A stretch of 32,184 nt of DNA from an uncultured Bacilli bacterium (GTDB lineage: Bacteria > Bacillota_I > Bacilli_A > RF39 > UBA660). This document shows, piece by piece, positions 20,273 to 31,144 of this stretch. Location of the stretch: NCBI GenBank assembly GCA_944358135.1, contig CALVQN010000003.1, positions 1-32,184 on the forward strand, in the 5' to 3' direction. The stretch's first letter is position 1. Every line of letters begins with the position of its first letter. The notes below the pieces were generated by a model. That model was not told the DNA's origin, searched no databases, and saw nothing but the letters and a program-made list of their open reading frames with translations. A program made the position numbers and the translations under genes.

Positions 20273-21928
20273 ATGGATTATAAAGTATTATACCGTAAGT
20301 ATAGACCAGATAATTTTTCTAGCATCATTGGACAAGATTATATGGTTTCGATATTAAAAAATGCAATAAAAAATGATAAGATATCACATGCTTATATTTT
20401 TTCTGGCCCAAGAGGAACAGGAAAAACAAGTACAGCCAAAGTTTTTGCAAAAGCCATTAATTGTTTGAATCCAGCTGAAGACGGTCCATGTAATGAATGT
20501 GAAAGTTGTCTTCACTTTAAAGAAAATGCCGATATAATTGAAATAGATGCAGCTTCTAATAATGGTATAGATGAAATAAGAGAAATAATTAATAATATAA
20601 AGCTAGCTCCCGCATATTCCAAATATAAAGTTTATATTATAGATGAAGTTCACATGCTAAGTACTAGTGCTTTTAATGCACTATTATTAACCTTAGAGGA
20701 ACCACCAAAGCACGTTGTTTTCATTTTAGCAACTACGAATATAGAAGCTGTACCTATTACAATTTTATCCCGTTGCCAACGTTTTGATTTTCATAAAATT
20801 TCTATAACGGACATTATCAAAAGATTGCATTATGTAGTTTCAAATGAAAATATATCAATAAATGATGATGCCTTAGAAGAAATTGCTTATATTTCTGATG
20901 GAGGAATGCGTGATGCTTTAAGTATTCTTGATCAATTATCTAGTACTACTGAAAAAATCACAATTAATGATGTAATAGAACACTTTGGTTCTGTGTCTAA
21001 AAAACAAATAAGTGACTTATATAATTTGATCTTAGAAAATGATGTAGATAACTTTGATAGTATGATGAAAAAATTTAAAGAATTAGCAATAGATTATAAG
21101 GTTTTAATTAAGAAAATGCTAGAAAAAATAGAAGAAGAAGCAATAAAAGTTAAAAAAAATTATAATTATCAGGGTCTAACTTATGAATCTTTAAAAGAAA
21201 TGGCTTTTGAACTTGCTGACATTTCAAATTATATTAATATGAGCATTGATCCATATCTGTTAATTGAAATTACATTATTAAAATACTTTAAAGACAGCAA
21301 TTCTACTTCAAAAATATCAAAAGAAACTACTCAAATAGAGCAAAAAAATATTTCCCGGGAAATAATCAATAACAAAGAGAAAAAAATAGAAACACTAGAA
21401 TCTGTTTCAAATAAAAATAAGGAAGTAACAACAGAAATTATTTCCCAGGAAATAATTTCACCAATAGAAAATTATACAGAATTAATAAAAATAAGAGTAA
21501 ATAATTGCTTTGTAAATGCAAAAAAAGAATATTTACAAAATATGAAAGAATTGTGGAAAAACTTTATTGGTCAATTAAATGATAAAAGTATATTAAATTT
21601 AATAATTGACTGTAATGTTGTAACTGCAAGCGATAAAATAGCAGTCTTAACAAATCTGGTTGATGGAACAACTAATTTAATTAATAGTAAACTAATTGAA
21701 ATAGAATCACTATTTAATAAAGAATTTAAAACAGAATATAAATTTATTTGTTTAACAGAAAATGAATGGAATGAAGAAAAACAAGAATATATTACAAATT
21801 TAAAAAATAAACATGAATATCATTACATAGAAGAACCAAAAATAGAACAAGTTGAAGAAAATAATATTGATAATATTGAAAAAATCGCTTATGATATATT
21901 TGATAAAGAAAAAATAGAAATAGAATAA
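20273..21928 (+). CDS. dnaX: DNA polymerase III subunit gamma/tau
   Basis: LYRKYRP, GPRGTGKT, DEVHML and SRCQ motifs. Confidence 0.97.
   Translation: MDYKVLYRKYRPDNFSSIIGQDYMVSILKNAIKNDKISHAYIFSGPRGTGKTSTAKVFAKAINCLNPAEDGPCNECESCLHFKENADIIEIDAASNNGIDEIREIINNIKLAPAYSKYKVYIIDEVHMLSTSAFNALLLTLEEPPKHVVFILATTNIEAVPITILSRCQRFDFHKISITDIIKRLHYVVSNENISINDDALEEIAYISDGGMRDALSILDQLSSTTEKITINDVIEHFGSVSKKQISDLYNLILENDVDNFDSMMKKFKELAIDYKVLIKKMLEKIEEEAIKVKKNYNYQGLTYESLKEMAFELADISNYINMSIDPYLLIEITLLKYFKDSNSTSKISKETTQIEQKNISREIINNKEKKIETLESVSNKNKEVTTEIISQEIISPIENYTELIKIRVNNCFVNAKKEYLQNMKELWKNFIGQLNDKSILNLIIDCNVVTASDKIAVLTNLVDGTTNLINSKLIEIESLFNKEFKTEYKFICLTENEWNEEKQEYITNLKNKHEYHYIEEPKIEQVEENNIDNIEKIAYDIFDKEKIEIE
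21349..21454. promoter_or_regulatory. two Noc-binding-site-like palindromes inside dnaX
   Basis: TATTTCCCGGGAAATA (21349-21364, perfect) and TATTTCCCAGGAAATA (21439-21454). Confidence 0.75.
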
Positions 21929-21944
21929 GAAAGAAGGAGAATTT

Positions 21945-22244
21945 ATGAATATTCAAAATTTAATGGCTCAAGCCCAAAAAATGCAAAAAGAAATAACAAA
22001 AAAGAAGGAAGAAATTGATAACTCAATTTTTGAAGGAACTTCAGAATGGGTTAAAGTAGAAATGAATGGAAAAAAGGAACTAGAAAAAGTAAATATAACT
22101 TTTGAAGGAACTATTGAACAAGATGATAAAGAAATGTTAGAAGATATGATAAAAATAGCAGTTAATGATGCAGTAAAAAAGATTGATAAAGAAGTAGAAA
22201 GTACGATGGGCACGTATGGTTCATCACTTAATGGTTTATTCTAA
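21945..22244 (+). CDS. ybaB: YbaB/EbfC nucleoid-associated protein
   Basis: QAQKMQ and DD.EMLEDMI..AVNDA; between dnaX and recR. Confidence 0.92.
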   Translation: MNIQNLMAQAQKMQKEITKKKEEIDNSIFEGTSEWVKVEMNGKKELEKVNITFEGTIEQDDKEMLEDMIKIAVNDAVKKIDKEVESTMGTYGSSLNGLF

Positions 22245-22846
22245 TGAATTATCCTAAAGACTTAGAAAAGTTAATTAATTATTATCAAAAATTACCTGGA
22301 ATAGGTGAAAAAAGTGCTGAACGTCTAGCTATAGCCACATTAGAATTCAGTGAGGATGAAATACAAGAATTTAGTGATACGATTAAGTCTGCTAAAAAAA
22401 ATCTAACTAGATGTAGTATATGTGGCCATTTAACAGATAGCGAAATTTGTAATATCTGTAGCGATGAAAATCGCAATAAAAATATTATCTGCGTCATAGA
22501 AGATTATAAAAGCATTTTTTCATTTGAAAAAACTGGTACTTTTAATGGAACATATCATGTATTAAATGGTCTTATATCTCCAATGGACGATATCGGACCA
22601 GAAGACATCAATTTATCATCATTAATTAGTAGAGTAGAAAAATTGAAAAATCCTGAACTAATTTTAGCTTTAAAGCCTACAGTTGAAGGAGAAGCAACTA
22701 CTTTATACATTAAAAAAATTTTAGAAGATAAGAAAGTAACAATATCTAGACTATCTTATGGTATTCCAATTGGAGCAGAGATAGATTATTTAGATAATGT
22801 TACTCTTGAAAAAGCATTAGAAGATCGCAAAAAAATATCTGAATAA
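22244..22846 (+). CDS. recR: recombination protein RecR
   Basis: LPGIG.KSAERLA, C4 zinc finger, YHVL.G and EGEAT. Confidence 0.96.
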   Translation: MNYPKDLEKLINYYQKLPGIGEKSAERLAIATLEFSEDEIQEFSDTIKSAKKNLTRCSICGHLTDSEICNICSDENRNKNIICVIEDYKSIFSFEKTGTFNGTYHVLNGLISPMDDIGPEDINLSSLISRVEKLKNPELILALKPTVEGEATTLYIKKILEDKKVTISRLSYGIPIGAEIDYLDNVTLEKALEDRKKISE

Positions 22847-22883
22847 ATATAGTAAATAAACATATAATTTACTGTGATCAAAT

Positions 22884-23069
22884 ATGAAAAAAATTATTCT
22901 AAAGATTCTAAGTAAATTATGTTTTGCCTTTGTAAGCATATATGGTTTAAATTTAATTCTATCTGGGGTAAATATATTTATTCCAATTAATATAATTACA
23001 ATTGTACTAGTAACTCTACTAGGATCTCCAGGCATACTTGGATTAGTTACAGTATACTTCTTAATTTAA
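22884..23069 (+). CDS. bofA: pro-sigmaK processing inhibitor BofA family
   Basis: Hydrophobic 61 aa with IPIN..T......LG.PG; downstream of recR as in Bacillus. Confidence 0.75.
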   Translation: MKKIILKILSKLCFAFVSIYGLNLILSGVNIFIPINIITIVLVTLLGSPGILGLVTVYFLI

Positions 23070-23081
23070 GGATGTGGTATT

Positions 23082-23936
23082 TTGTTTCCAAATAATAATT
23101 TAAAAGAAATATATGAAAAATATCGTGAGGGAAGACTAGCTCACGCTTATTTAATTGAAACAAATAATATTTCTAAATTAATAAATGATTTAACCAAATT
23201 AATAAAAGCCATTAATTGTCCAGAAGAATATCAAGAAGCTTGTCATAATTGTAATTTATGCAATTTAATTACAAAGAATAATTTACCAAGTCTAATTACA
23301 ATAGAACCTGATGGGACAAGCATAAAAAAATCACAAATAGAAGAACTAAAAGTATCATTTGAAACAAAGCCGATTTATAGCCGATTTAATACTTATATTA
23401 TAAAAAATGCTGAAAAACTAAACGGAAGCAGTGCCAATGCTATGCTAAAGTTTGTCGAAGAACCAACTGATGGTATTATTGGTTTTTTTATCACAAACAA
23501 TAAAGATGTTATTATTCCAACAATTAAAAGCAGATGTCAGGTTTTAGTAATTACATATGAAAGTGATAACTTGCTAGATAAATTAAATATCACTCAGGAA
23601 GAATTAGATAACTATCTAAAAATAGTTAAAGATTATTTAAAAAGAATTAAAGAAAACAAAATAATTAACCATAAAGATACTATACTAAGTAAACTAAAAG
23701 AACGTAAAGAAGTAGAAATAATGTTTAAAATTATATTCGAAATATATTATAATGAATTTTTAAAAGAAAAGAATAAACCATACAACAAAGAGCTATCAAA
23801 TAATAACGAACTAGATATAAAAAAAGAAGAAATTATTCATAAATTGAATATTATTGCTAAATTTCTTCAAGATTTGAGTTATAATGTTAATATGGAATTA
23901 TTATTAGATAAATTTGTAATTGAAATGAGGTGGTAA
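23082..23936 (+). CDS. holB: DNA polymerase III delta' subunit
   Basis: HAYL, Cys cluster, SANAMLK..EEP and PTIKSRCQ. Confidence 0.9.
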   Translation: MFPNNNLKEIYEKYREGRLAHAYLIETNNISKLINDLTKLIKAINCPEEYQEACHNCNLCNLITKNNLPSLITIEPDGTSIKKSQIEELKVSFETKPIYSRFNTYIIKNAEKLNGSSANAMLKFVEEPTDGIIGFFITNNKDVIIPTIKSRCQVLVITYESDNLLDKLNITQEELDNYLKIVKDYLKRIKENKIINHKDTILSKLKERKEVEIMFKIIFEIYYNEFLKEKNKPYNKELSNNNELDIKKEEIIHKLNIIAKFLQDLSYNVNMELLLDKFVIEMRW

Positions 23937-23938
23937 TC

Positions 23939-24736
23939 ATGGATAGATATTACATATATGGAGTCAATTTTAAAGACAATGGAAAAATTTACAATTTTAA
24001 AAGTAAAATACGTTGTCCAATTAATGTTACAGTAATTACTGAAACAGAAAAAGGACTTCAATTTGGAAAAGTTGTTAGTTACTTAGGAAATGATAGTAAA
24101 AACATAGACGAACTAAAAAGTATTATTAGAATTTCTACAAAAAAAGATTATGAAGAGCATTTAAAAAATTTAAGAGATGCTGATCTAGCACTAAAACAAT
24201 GTCGTGGGTTAGTAAAAGAATTAAACTTGGATATGAAAATGATCAATGCTAATTTTACTTTTGATAGAAAGCAACTAATATTTAACTTTCTAGCGGATGA
24301 AAGAATTGATTTTAGAGAATTAGCCAGAAAATTAGCAGCAATTTATCGTACTCGTATAGAGCTTAGGCAAATAGGAGCTAGAGATAAAGCTAGAGAAGTT
24401 GGTGGAGTTGGTATATGTGGTGAAAAAATTTGTTGTGCAAACTTTCTAAATCACATTGATTCTGTATCGATGAATATGGCTAAAAATCAAGGCTTAGCAT
24501 TAAATCCATCTAAAATTAATGGCTTATGTGGAAGATTATTATGCTGTCTAACATATGAAGATGAAGAATACTTAAGATGTAGTGAAGGACTACTTAGTAT
24601 AGGCGAAACCGTAACTACAGAAAAAGGTGAGGGACAAGTAATCAATGTAGATACATTAAATCGTACCTATAAAGTATTAGTAAATAATGAAAAAGTAGAA
24701 ATACATGCTGGTGATGAAGATGGAAGTGAAGAATGA
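23939..24736 (+). CDS. yaaT: PSP1-domain protein YaaT/RicT
   Basis: RIDFREL, RIELRQIG.RD, G.CG...CC and G.CGRL.CCL.YE. Confidence 0.93.
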   Translation: MDRYYIYGVNFKDNGKIYNFKSKIRCPINVTVITETEKGLQFGKVVSYLGNDSKNIDELKSIIRISTKKDYEEHLKNLRDADLALKQCRGLVKELNLDMKMINANFTFDRKQLIFNFLADERIDFRELARKLAAIYRTRIELRQIGARDKAREVGGVGICGEKICCANFLNHIDSVSMNMAKNQGLALNPSKINGLCGRLLCCLTYEDEEYLRCSEGLLSIGETVTTEKGEGQVINVDTLNRTYKVLVNNEKVEIHAGDEDGSEE

Positions 24737-25427
24737 TTTATATGATTATGGTTTAAAAATTTATCAAGATAATAAACTATTTAAATTTTCACTTGATTCT
24801 TTATTACTTGCTGAATTTGTAAGTATTGAAAAAAGTGATAAAAATTTATTAGATATATGTAGTGGAAATGCCCCACTACCTTTAATAATTGGTAAAAATT
24901 ATGATATAAAAATAACTGGTGTCGAAATAGACAAAGAAATATATGACTTAGCCGAAAAAAGCATCAAAGAAAATAACCTAACCAACATTAACATGCTAAA
25001 TTGTAATGCTAAAGACTTAAAAAATTATTTCCCAGGAAATAATTTCAATATTATAACCTGCAATCCACCATTCTTTAAAGTAACAGAAACTTCTTTAATT
25101 AATGAAGAACCAAAAAAAGCAATAGCAAGACATGAGTTAACTATTACCATTAAAGATATTTTTGACATAGTAAAATATTTGTTAAAAGATAAAGGAACTT
25201 TCTATTTAGTTCATCGTCCTGAAAGATTAGAAGAGATAATTAGTCTTGCAAACATGAACAATCTCCATGTTAAAGAGGTAGTCTTTATTTATTCTAATAT
25301 CAAAGAAGAAGCAATAATGGTACTATTAAAGATGAAAAAGAACGCTAGAATAGGTGTTAAGATAAAGTCAGTAGTAATAAACAGAGACACTAAAACATAT
25401 CAAAATATATTTAAGGAGGACAAATGA
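24720..25427 (+). CDS. yabB: tRNA1(Val) adenine37-N6-methyltransferase-like (YabB/TrmN6)
   Basis: FSLDSLLLA, LDICSGNA, CNPPFF, ARHE and VHRPERL. Confidence 0.88.
   Translation: MEVKNDLYDYGLKIYQDNKLFKFSLDSLLLAEFVSIEKSDKNLLDICSGNAPLPLIIGKNYDIKITGVEIDKEIYDLAEKSIKENNLTNINMLNCNAKDLKNYFPGNNFNIITCNPPFFKVTETSLINEEPKKAIARHELTITIKDIFDIVKYLLKDKGTFYLVHRPERLEEIISLANMNNLHVKEVVFIYSNIKEEAIMVLLKMKKNARIGVKIKSVVINRDTKTYQNIFKEDK
25026..25041. promoter_or_regulatory. Noc-binding-site-like palindrome
   Basis: TATTTCCCAGGAAATA with extended AAAT/ATTT arms. Confidence 0.65.
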
Positions 25428-25981
25428 TGAAATTATTAGTAGGTTTAGGAAATCCTGGTAAAGAGTATATAAACACCCGTCATAATATAGGTTTTATGGT
25501 ACTTGATCATTTTACTGCAACAACTGAATGGAAAAGCAAATGGAATGCACTTTATACTGAGATAAATATTAATGGAGAGAAAATATTATTAATTAAACCT
25601 CAAACATATATGAATTTATCTGGAAATGCTTTAATAGAATTTGTAAATTTCTACAAAATAAATTTAGAAGATATTTTAGTAATCCATGATGACTTAGACT
25701 TACCTGTAGGATCGTATCGACTAAAAATAAATAGTAGCAGTGGTGGACACAATGGCATTAAATCCATAATTGAAAGATTAGGAAGTAATAGTTTTGCAAG
25801 ACTAAAAATAGGAATTGGAAGTAACAAACAAATAGATACAAAAGATTATGTTTTAGGCAAATTTACTAAAGAAGAACAAGATATATTAGAAAAATTATAT
25901 CCAACATTTAATGAAATAATTAATTCCTTTATTACAAAAGGAATTGATAATACAATGAATATGTACAATAGAAAGAGCTAG
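25424..25981 (+). CDS. pth: peptidyl-tRNA hydrolase
   Basis: VGLGNPG, TRHNIGF, KPQTYMNLSG, HDDLD and GGHNG. Confidence 0.97.
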   Translation: MMKLLVGLGNPGKEYINTRHNIGFMVLDHFTATTEWKSKWNALYTEININGEKILLIKPQTYMNLSGNALIEFVNFYKINLEDILVIHDDLDLPVGSYRLKINSSSGGHNGIKSIIERLGSNSFARLKIGIGSNKQIDTKDYVLGKFTKEEQDILEKLYPTFNEIINSFITKGIDNTMNMYNRKS

Positions 25982-25984
25982 AGT

Positions 25985-28900
25985 ATGAACTTTTTAGACA
26001 AGTATTTTAAATATGATAATAATTTAGTAATAACTGGGTTAACACATGAGTTAGCCTATCTTTACGTGTCTAAACTTTTTGAAGAGAAAAAGAAAAATAT
26101 CATTGTTTTATTAAGTACTTTATATGAAGCGAATACTTTTGCATCAGGTATAGGAAACTATGAAAAAGATACCTATTTATTTCCAATGGATGACTTTATT
26201 ACAAGTCAAGCTCTAGCTATTTCACCAGAACTTAAAACAACCAGAATAGACACATTAGAAGCAATAAAAAACAAAAAAGGAATAATTGTTACTAATTTAA
26301 TGGGATATTTAAAATTTTTAACAGACCAACAAGTTCAAGAAAAAATGAATATTGTCCTAAAAAAAGGAGATGAAATCAACAGAGAAAAACTAATAGAAAT
26401 ATTAGACAAACTAGATTATAAAAGAGATACAATTGTAACAACAACTGGCGAATATGCAGTAAGAGGATTTGTAATAGATATATTTGTAACATTAGAAGAA
26501 CATCCAATAAGAGTAGAGTTTTTTGGCAATGAGATAGAATCCATCCGTTATTTTGATGAATCTACTCAAATGTCAATCAAAGAAATAAATGAAATAAAAC
26601 TAGTAACAAATGGGGAAATTAAAACAGAAAAAAAATCTAGTTTGTTAGACTATGCTAAAGATGCTATCATAGTAACCATAGATGAGGCAAGAATAAAAGC
26701 TAATTATGAAAAACTAGAAGAAGAAATGTTTGAATTTAGAGTAGCTAAAGATTTACCTAAAGATACTAGATTTATGTTTTCATTAGACGAGATAAATCCT
26801 AAAGAAAATATCTATATAAATTTTATTGATAATTACAATAAAGGACCAAATACACTAAATTTAACCACCAAAGAAATACCAAATTTTCATTCTAACTTTG
26901 AGAAATTAAAAGAGCAAACAGAAATATGGCACAGACAGGGATACAAAATAATATTTTACTTAAGTAAAGAAAGTCAAATAAAGATTATTAAAGAACTAAT
27001 AACAGTTCCAATAACAATTGAAAATAAGTACCTATCTCAAGGTTTCATTGTGGATAAAACAGTTGTAATCAGTGAAAATGATATTGAACAAGTAAACAAA
27101 GAAAGAGTAAAATACCGCAATTCCTATAAAATCGGTACCAAAATTAAAGATTTAAATTCTCTTAATAAAGGCGATTATGTTGTTCACATGGCTCATGGTA
27201 TAGGAGTATACAACGGAATTAGAACTTTAACTAAAAGAGGGTTAGCCAAAGATTATATAGAAATTTTATATGCTGATAATGATAAAGTATATGTACCTGT
27301 CGAAAAAATGAATACTATCTTAAAATATACAAGCAAAGATGGATTTAAACCAAAGATTAATAAATTAAATTCAACTAGTTGGGCAAAAACCAAAAGAGCA
27401 GTAGAAAAGAAAATCAAAGATATATCACAGGAGCTATTAAAACTTTATGCTGAAAGAAAAGCTTTAAAGGGTGATGTGTACAAGACTTATGATATGGAAA
27501 CAGATTTTGCTAATTCATTTGAATATACACCAACTAAAGACCAAGAGAAAGCTATAAAGGAAATTGACACAGACTTAAAAGATCAAGTTCCAATGGATAG
27601 ATTATTATGTGGAGATGTCGGATTTGGCAAAACAGAAGTAGCATTCCGTGCAATGTTTAAAACAGTTTTAAATAACAAGCAAGTATTATATTTATGTCCA
27701 ACAACCATTTTATCAAACCAACAATATAAAAATGCTCAAGACAGATTTAAAGACTATCCTATAGAAATAGCTCTTTTAAACCGATTTACAACTCCAAAAG
27801 AAACAAAAAGAATATTAGAAGGCCTAGCAAATGGAACTATTGATATAGTTTTTGGAACCCATAGACTTTTAAGCGACGATATTTATGTCAAGAAACTAGG
27901 CTTACTTGTAGTAGATGAAGAGCAACGTTTTGGTGTAACACATAAAGAAAAAATCAAAAAACTTAAAAATGATGTCAATGTCTTAACTTTATCAGCAACT
28001 CCAATTCCAAGAACTATGAAAATGGCAATGTCTGGTCTAAGAGATCTATCAATTATAGATACACCACCAGTAAACAGATATCCAATTCAAACCTACGTAT
28101 TAGAAGAAAATGATTTAATTATTAAAGATGCAATATATAAAGAATTAGCAAGACAAGGTCAAGTATTTATTTTATATAACAACATTGATAAACTAGATAA
28201 TGTGGTTAATCATATCAAAACATTAGTTCCTGAAGCAAGAATCATTAGTGCACATGGTAAAATGAATAAAATAGAACTAGAAGATGTTATGCAAGATTTT
28301 ATTGATTATAAATATGACATTTTAGTATGCACGACAATTATTGAAACGGGAATAGATATTCCTAATACAAATACATTAATTATATATAATGCTGACAGAT
28401 TTGGATTATCCCAATTATATCAAATTAGAGGTAGAGTAGGCCGTTCTAATAAAATCGCATATGCTTACCTACTTTATGATAAGAGCAAAATGCTAAATGA
28501 TATAGCGATTAAAAGATTAGATGCAATAAAAGAATTTACAGAACTAGGTAGTGGTTATCGTATAGCTATGCGAGACTTAGCAATACGTGGAGCAGGAGAT
28601 ATTCTAGGAAGTGAACAAGCAGGTTTTGTTGATTCAGTAGGAATTAATTTATACATGCAAATGATTGAAGAAGAAATGCGTAAATTAAAAGGAGAAGAAG
28701 TTCAAACTGAGGAAGAAAAACAATCACTAGTAGATGTAAGTACCCATATTTCTGATGAATATACAACGGATGATGAAATAAAAATTGAAATCCACCAAAT
28801 GATTAATGAAGTAGAATCACAGGAAAGTCTAAAAAAAGTAAAAGAAGAATTAGAAGACCGTTTTGGTAAAGTAGATGAAACTATGCTTATTTACATGTAC

Positions 28901-29203
28901 GAAGAATGGTTTGAAAAATTAGCAAGATCCCTAAATATTACCAAAGTAACTCAAACAGAAAGATTTGTAGAAATAGAACTACCAGAAGAATTATCTAGTA
29001 ATATTAAAGCAGATAAATTATTCTTAGAAAGTTATAATATTAATCCCAACTTAAAATTTGCTTATTCTAATCATAGAATAAAAATAACTCTAATGTTAAA
29101 ACCAAATGATAAACATTTCTTATACACATTCGTACCAGTATTAGAATTAATCAAAGAAGATTATTTCCCGGGAAATAATTCTAACGAAAAAAGCACCAAT
29201 TAA
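25985..29203 (+). CDS. mfd: transcription-repair coupling factor
   Basis: GDYVVH..HGIG, CGDVGFGKTEVA, DEEQRFGV, SATPIPRT and QIRGRVGR. Confidence 0.97.
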   Translation: MNFLDKYFKYDNNLVITGLTHELAYLYVSKLFEEKKKNIIVLLSTLYEANTFASGIGNYEKDTYLFPMDDFITSQALAISPELKTTRIDTLEAIKNKKGIIVTNLMGYLKFLTDQQVQEKMNIVLKKGDEINREKLIEILDKLDYKRDTIVTTTGEYAVRGFVIDIFVTLEEHPIRVEFFGNEIESIRYFDESTQMSIKEINEIKLVTNGEIKTEKKSSLLDYAKDAIIVTIDEARIKANYEKLEEEMFEFRVAKDLPKDTRFMFSLDEINPKENIYINFIDNYNKGPNTLNLTTKEIPNFHSNFEKLKEQTEIWHRQGYKIIFYLSKESQIKIIKELITVPITIENKYLSQGFIVDKTVVISENDIEQVNKERVKYRNSYKIGTKIKDLNSLNKGDYVVHMAHGIGVYNGIRTLTKRGLAKDYIEILYADNDKVYVPVEKMNTILKYTSKDGFKPKINKLNSTSWAKTKRAVEKKIKDISQELLKLYAERKALKGDVYKTYDMETDFANSFEYTPTKDQEKAIKEIDTDLKDQVPMDRLLCGDVGFGKTEVAFRAMFKTVLNNKQVLYLCPTTILSNQQYKNAQDRFKDYPIEIALLNRFTTPKETKRILEGLANGTIDIVFGTHRLLSDDIYVKKLGLLVVDEEQRFGVTHKEKIKKLKNDVNVLTLSATPIPRTMKMAMSGLRDLSIIDTPPVNRYPIQTYVLEENDLIIKDAIYKELARQGQVFILYNNIDKLDNVVNHIKTLVPEARIISAHGKMNKIELEDVMQDFIDYKYDILVCTTIIETGIDIPNTNTLIIYNADRFGLSQLYQIRGRVGRSNKIAYAYLLYDKSKMLNDIAIKRLDAIKEFTELGSGYRIAMRDLAIRGAGDILGSEQAGFVDSVGINLYMQMIEEEMRKLKGEEVQTEEEKQSLVDVSTHISDEYTTDDEIKIEIHQMINEVESQESLKKVKEELEDRFGKVDETMLIYMYEEWFEKLARSLNITKVTQTERFVEIELPEELSSNIKADKLFLESYNINPNLKFAYSNHRIKITLMLKPNDKHFLYTFVPVLELIKEDYFPGNNSNEKSTN
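29162..29177. promoter_or_regulatory. Noc-binding-site palindrome
   Basis: TATTTCCCGGGAAATA, perfect, in the mfd 3' tail. Confidence 0.75.
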
Positions 29204-29222
29204 TCAAACATTGATGCTTTTT
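29188..29222. terminator. bidirectional terminator between mfd and target gene 2
   Basis: AAAAAGCACCAAT...ATTGATGCTTTTT hairpin. Confidence 0.55.
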
Positions 29223-29234
29223 ATATGATAAAAT

Positions 29235-30527
29235 TTATGAAACTAAATATGGATCAGTACTTGTTCCTGAACCTGATATTGTAACATCAGCAGAAAGATT
29301 AATTACTGGGCGTACACCACTCGCACCATGCACGTGATTGTTGCTGAAGCCGCCAGACGAATACACATAGAACACGACAGCATAACTGCCCGTAGAATTA
29401 AAGTAATACGGAGACATTGTCCAATAATATTGGTTATTATATAAGTAATAACTTGTATTATTTGTTCCATATACTCCTCCTGCAAAAGCTACTTCATCTG
29501 CCGTAATGAGTCCTACTGGTTCGGCGATGATATCACTAGTTGTACATGCCAAACTTGGGCTTTTATTACTATCTAATCTTCCATATGCTGCATAGTTGAT
29601 TGTGCTACTTGGTTGGCTACTCCACGAATATCCACTTGCCATGTTTCGATCACTACAGAATCCTACACTTGTATCGATATAATCTGCATAATCATCTAGA
29701 TTACTACTTGTATACCATGACTGTAGTGTATTGAGTATTGGACTATCTGTTGTTTGTCCATGTTGACTTCCTTCTGTATATTTTAATCCTACATACTCAC
29801 TCCGATCATGACTACTATTAAATTGTTGCTTTGCTCCATTATTGATCATTGTTCCTGTTCCTGTTGCTGTAGTACTTGTTCCATTATAGATGAGTCTTAC
29901 ACTTCCATCTCCATTTACTCTTACGATTCTCCAGTAGAATCCTCCAAATCTTACACAGTTATCGGTTGGTGCTCCTGCAAAGTAATATGAAGTTCCTTTC
30001 CAATCTGTTGTTTCATATATAACTCCTGTTGTTGTATCTGTAACTGGTGTACTAAAATCTTCTCTTGTCTGAATGTCTTTTCCTGCTAATATCTGATCTG
30101 CTGCTGGTAACTCTTCATCAAAATACAAATAACATTTAGTACCTTTTTTAGTTATATTATTTACATTTATTGAACCATTTTCATATATTATACTTACTGT
30201 ATCATCTTTAACTATCTCTCCATTATTAGATATTCCACAATGACTATGTTCAGTATTTAATGAATATCCACTTGAAGGTATAGTATCTGCTTCAACATAA
30301 CTTCCGTCTTCATTCGCTACATACAATGACACCATATTTAAATCGGGTACTTTATAATTTATCTCACTATTTATTATAGGTACACTATCTGTTACTCTAT
30401 ATTTAGCAAATGTATTACTTACTATTATTGTTATAAGAAGTACTACTACACAGACAATACCACATAAAAGATATAATCTATTCCTATTAGATTTCAATAT
30501 TTCAAATTCTAATTCACTCTTTTCCAT
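29235..30527 (-). CDS. membrane-anchored surface protein, putative DGR target 2 (C-terminal CLec-like variable region)
   Basis: Paralog of 2362-3702 with an N-terminal TM helix; ends YWTMSP...GVRPVINL; 3' end matches the TR-like sequence with adenine-biased differences. Confidence 0.8.
   Translation of the reverse strand: MEKSELEFEILKSNRNRLYLLCGIVCVVVLLITIIVSNTFAKYRVTDSVPIINSEINYKVPDLNMVSLYVANEDGSYVEADTIPSSGYSLNTEHSHCGISNNGEIVKDDTVSIIYENGSINVNNITKKGTKCYLYFDEELPAADQILAGKDIQTREDFSTPVTDTTTGVIYETTDWKGTSYYFAGAPTDNCVRFGGFYWRIVRVNGDGSVRLIYNGTSTTATGTGTMINNGAKQQFNSSHDRSEYVGLKYTEGSQHGQTTDSPILNTLQSWYTSSNLDDYADYIDTSVGFCSDRNMASGYSWSSQPSSTINYAAYGRLDSNKSPSLACTTSDIIAEPVGLITADEVAFAGGVYGTNNTSYYLYNNQYYWTMSPYYFNSTGSYAVVFYVYSSGGFSNNHVHGASGVRPVINLSADVTISGSGTSTDPYLVS
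29307..29414 (-). repeat. variable repeat VR2
   Basis: In 60 ungapped nt (29325-29384 vs 5930-5989), 13 of 17 mismatches are at template adenines; about 49% GC by hand count, far above the background. Confidence 0.8.
30120..30515 (-). repeat. ~400-bp dispersed repeat, copy 2
   Basis: Highly similar to 3301-3697. Confidence 0.9.
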
Positions 30528-30577
30528 CTTTAATTTTACTCCTATTCTTATAAAATTAAAGATTCTTAACTATATTA

Positions 30578-30606
30578 ATTATATATTAGAAATATATAAT
30601 AGTCAA
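30578..30606 (-). promoter_or_regulatory. sigma-A promoter of target gene 2 (P1)
   Basis: TTGACT-17-TATAAT. Confidence 0.75.
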
Positions 30607-30679
30607 GAGAAAACACACTATTACATGACAAATATAAAAAAGAATTCTATTTATGAGAGAATGAATTCAGGTGTTATTT

Positions 30680-31144
30680 ATGAGATATTACGGAGATAGA
30701 TTGAAATACATAAGAGAGGAGCATGACCTCAGTCAGTATGAAATATCCGAATTATTAGGTTTTAAAAAAAGAGTATATGGTAATTTTGAACGTGAGGAAA
30801 CTATTATTCCTTTAAAACATTTAAATTTTTTATGCAACTATTTTAATGTTTCTTTAGACTATATATTTGGTTTTAGTAATGAAAAAAAATATAAAAACAT
30901 GAAAGAAGAAGTGAATACAAACTTAATAAGAGAGCGATTAAGAAAATTGAGAGAGGAACATAATTTAACACAAAAAGATTTAGCTAAGATATTACATGTA
31001 TCCCCTTCTGCTATATCTGAGTATGAGAGAAAAGCAAAATTAATTGCTACTCCATTTCTCTATGATATATGTAAAAAATATCACATTAGTGCTGACTATC
31101 TTTTAGGTAAAATACATAAGCCACAGTATTATAAAAATGAGTAA
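30680..31144 (+). CDS. XRE-family regulator with two HTH domains
   Basis: RLKYIREEHDLSQ...VSLDYIFG and RLRKLREEHNLTQ...ISADYLLG. Confidence 0.9.
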   Translation: MRYYGDRLKYIREEHDLSQYEISELLGFKKRVYGNFEREETIIPLKHLNFLCNYFNVSLDYIFGFSNEKKYKNMKEEVNTNLIRERLRKLREEHNLTQKDLAKILHVSPSAISEYERKAKLIATPFLYDICKKYHISADYLLGKIHKPQYYKNE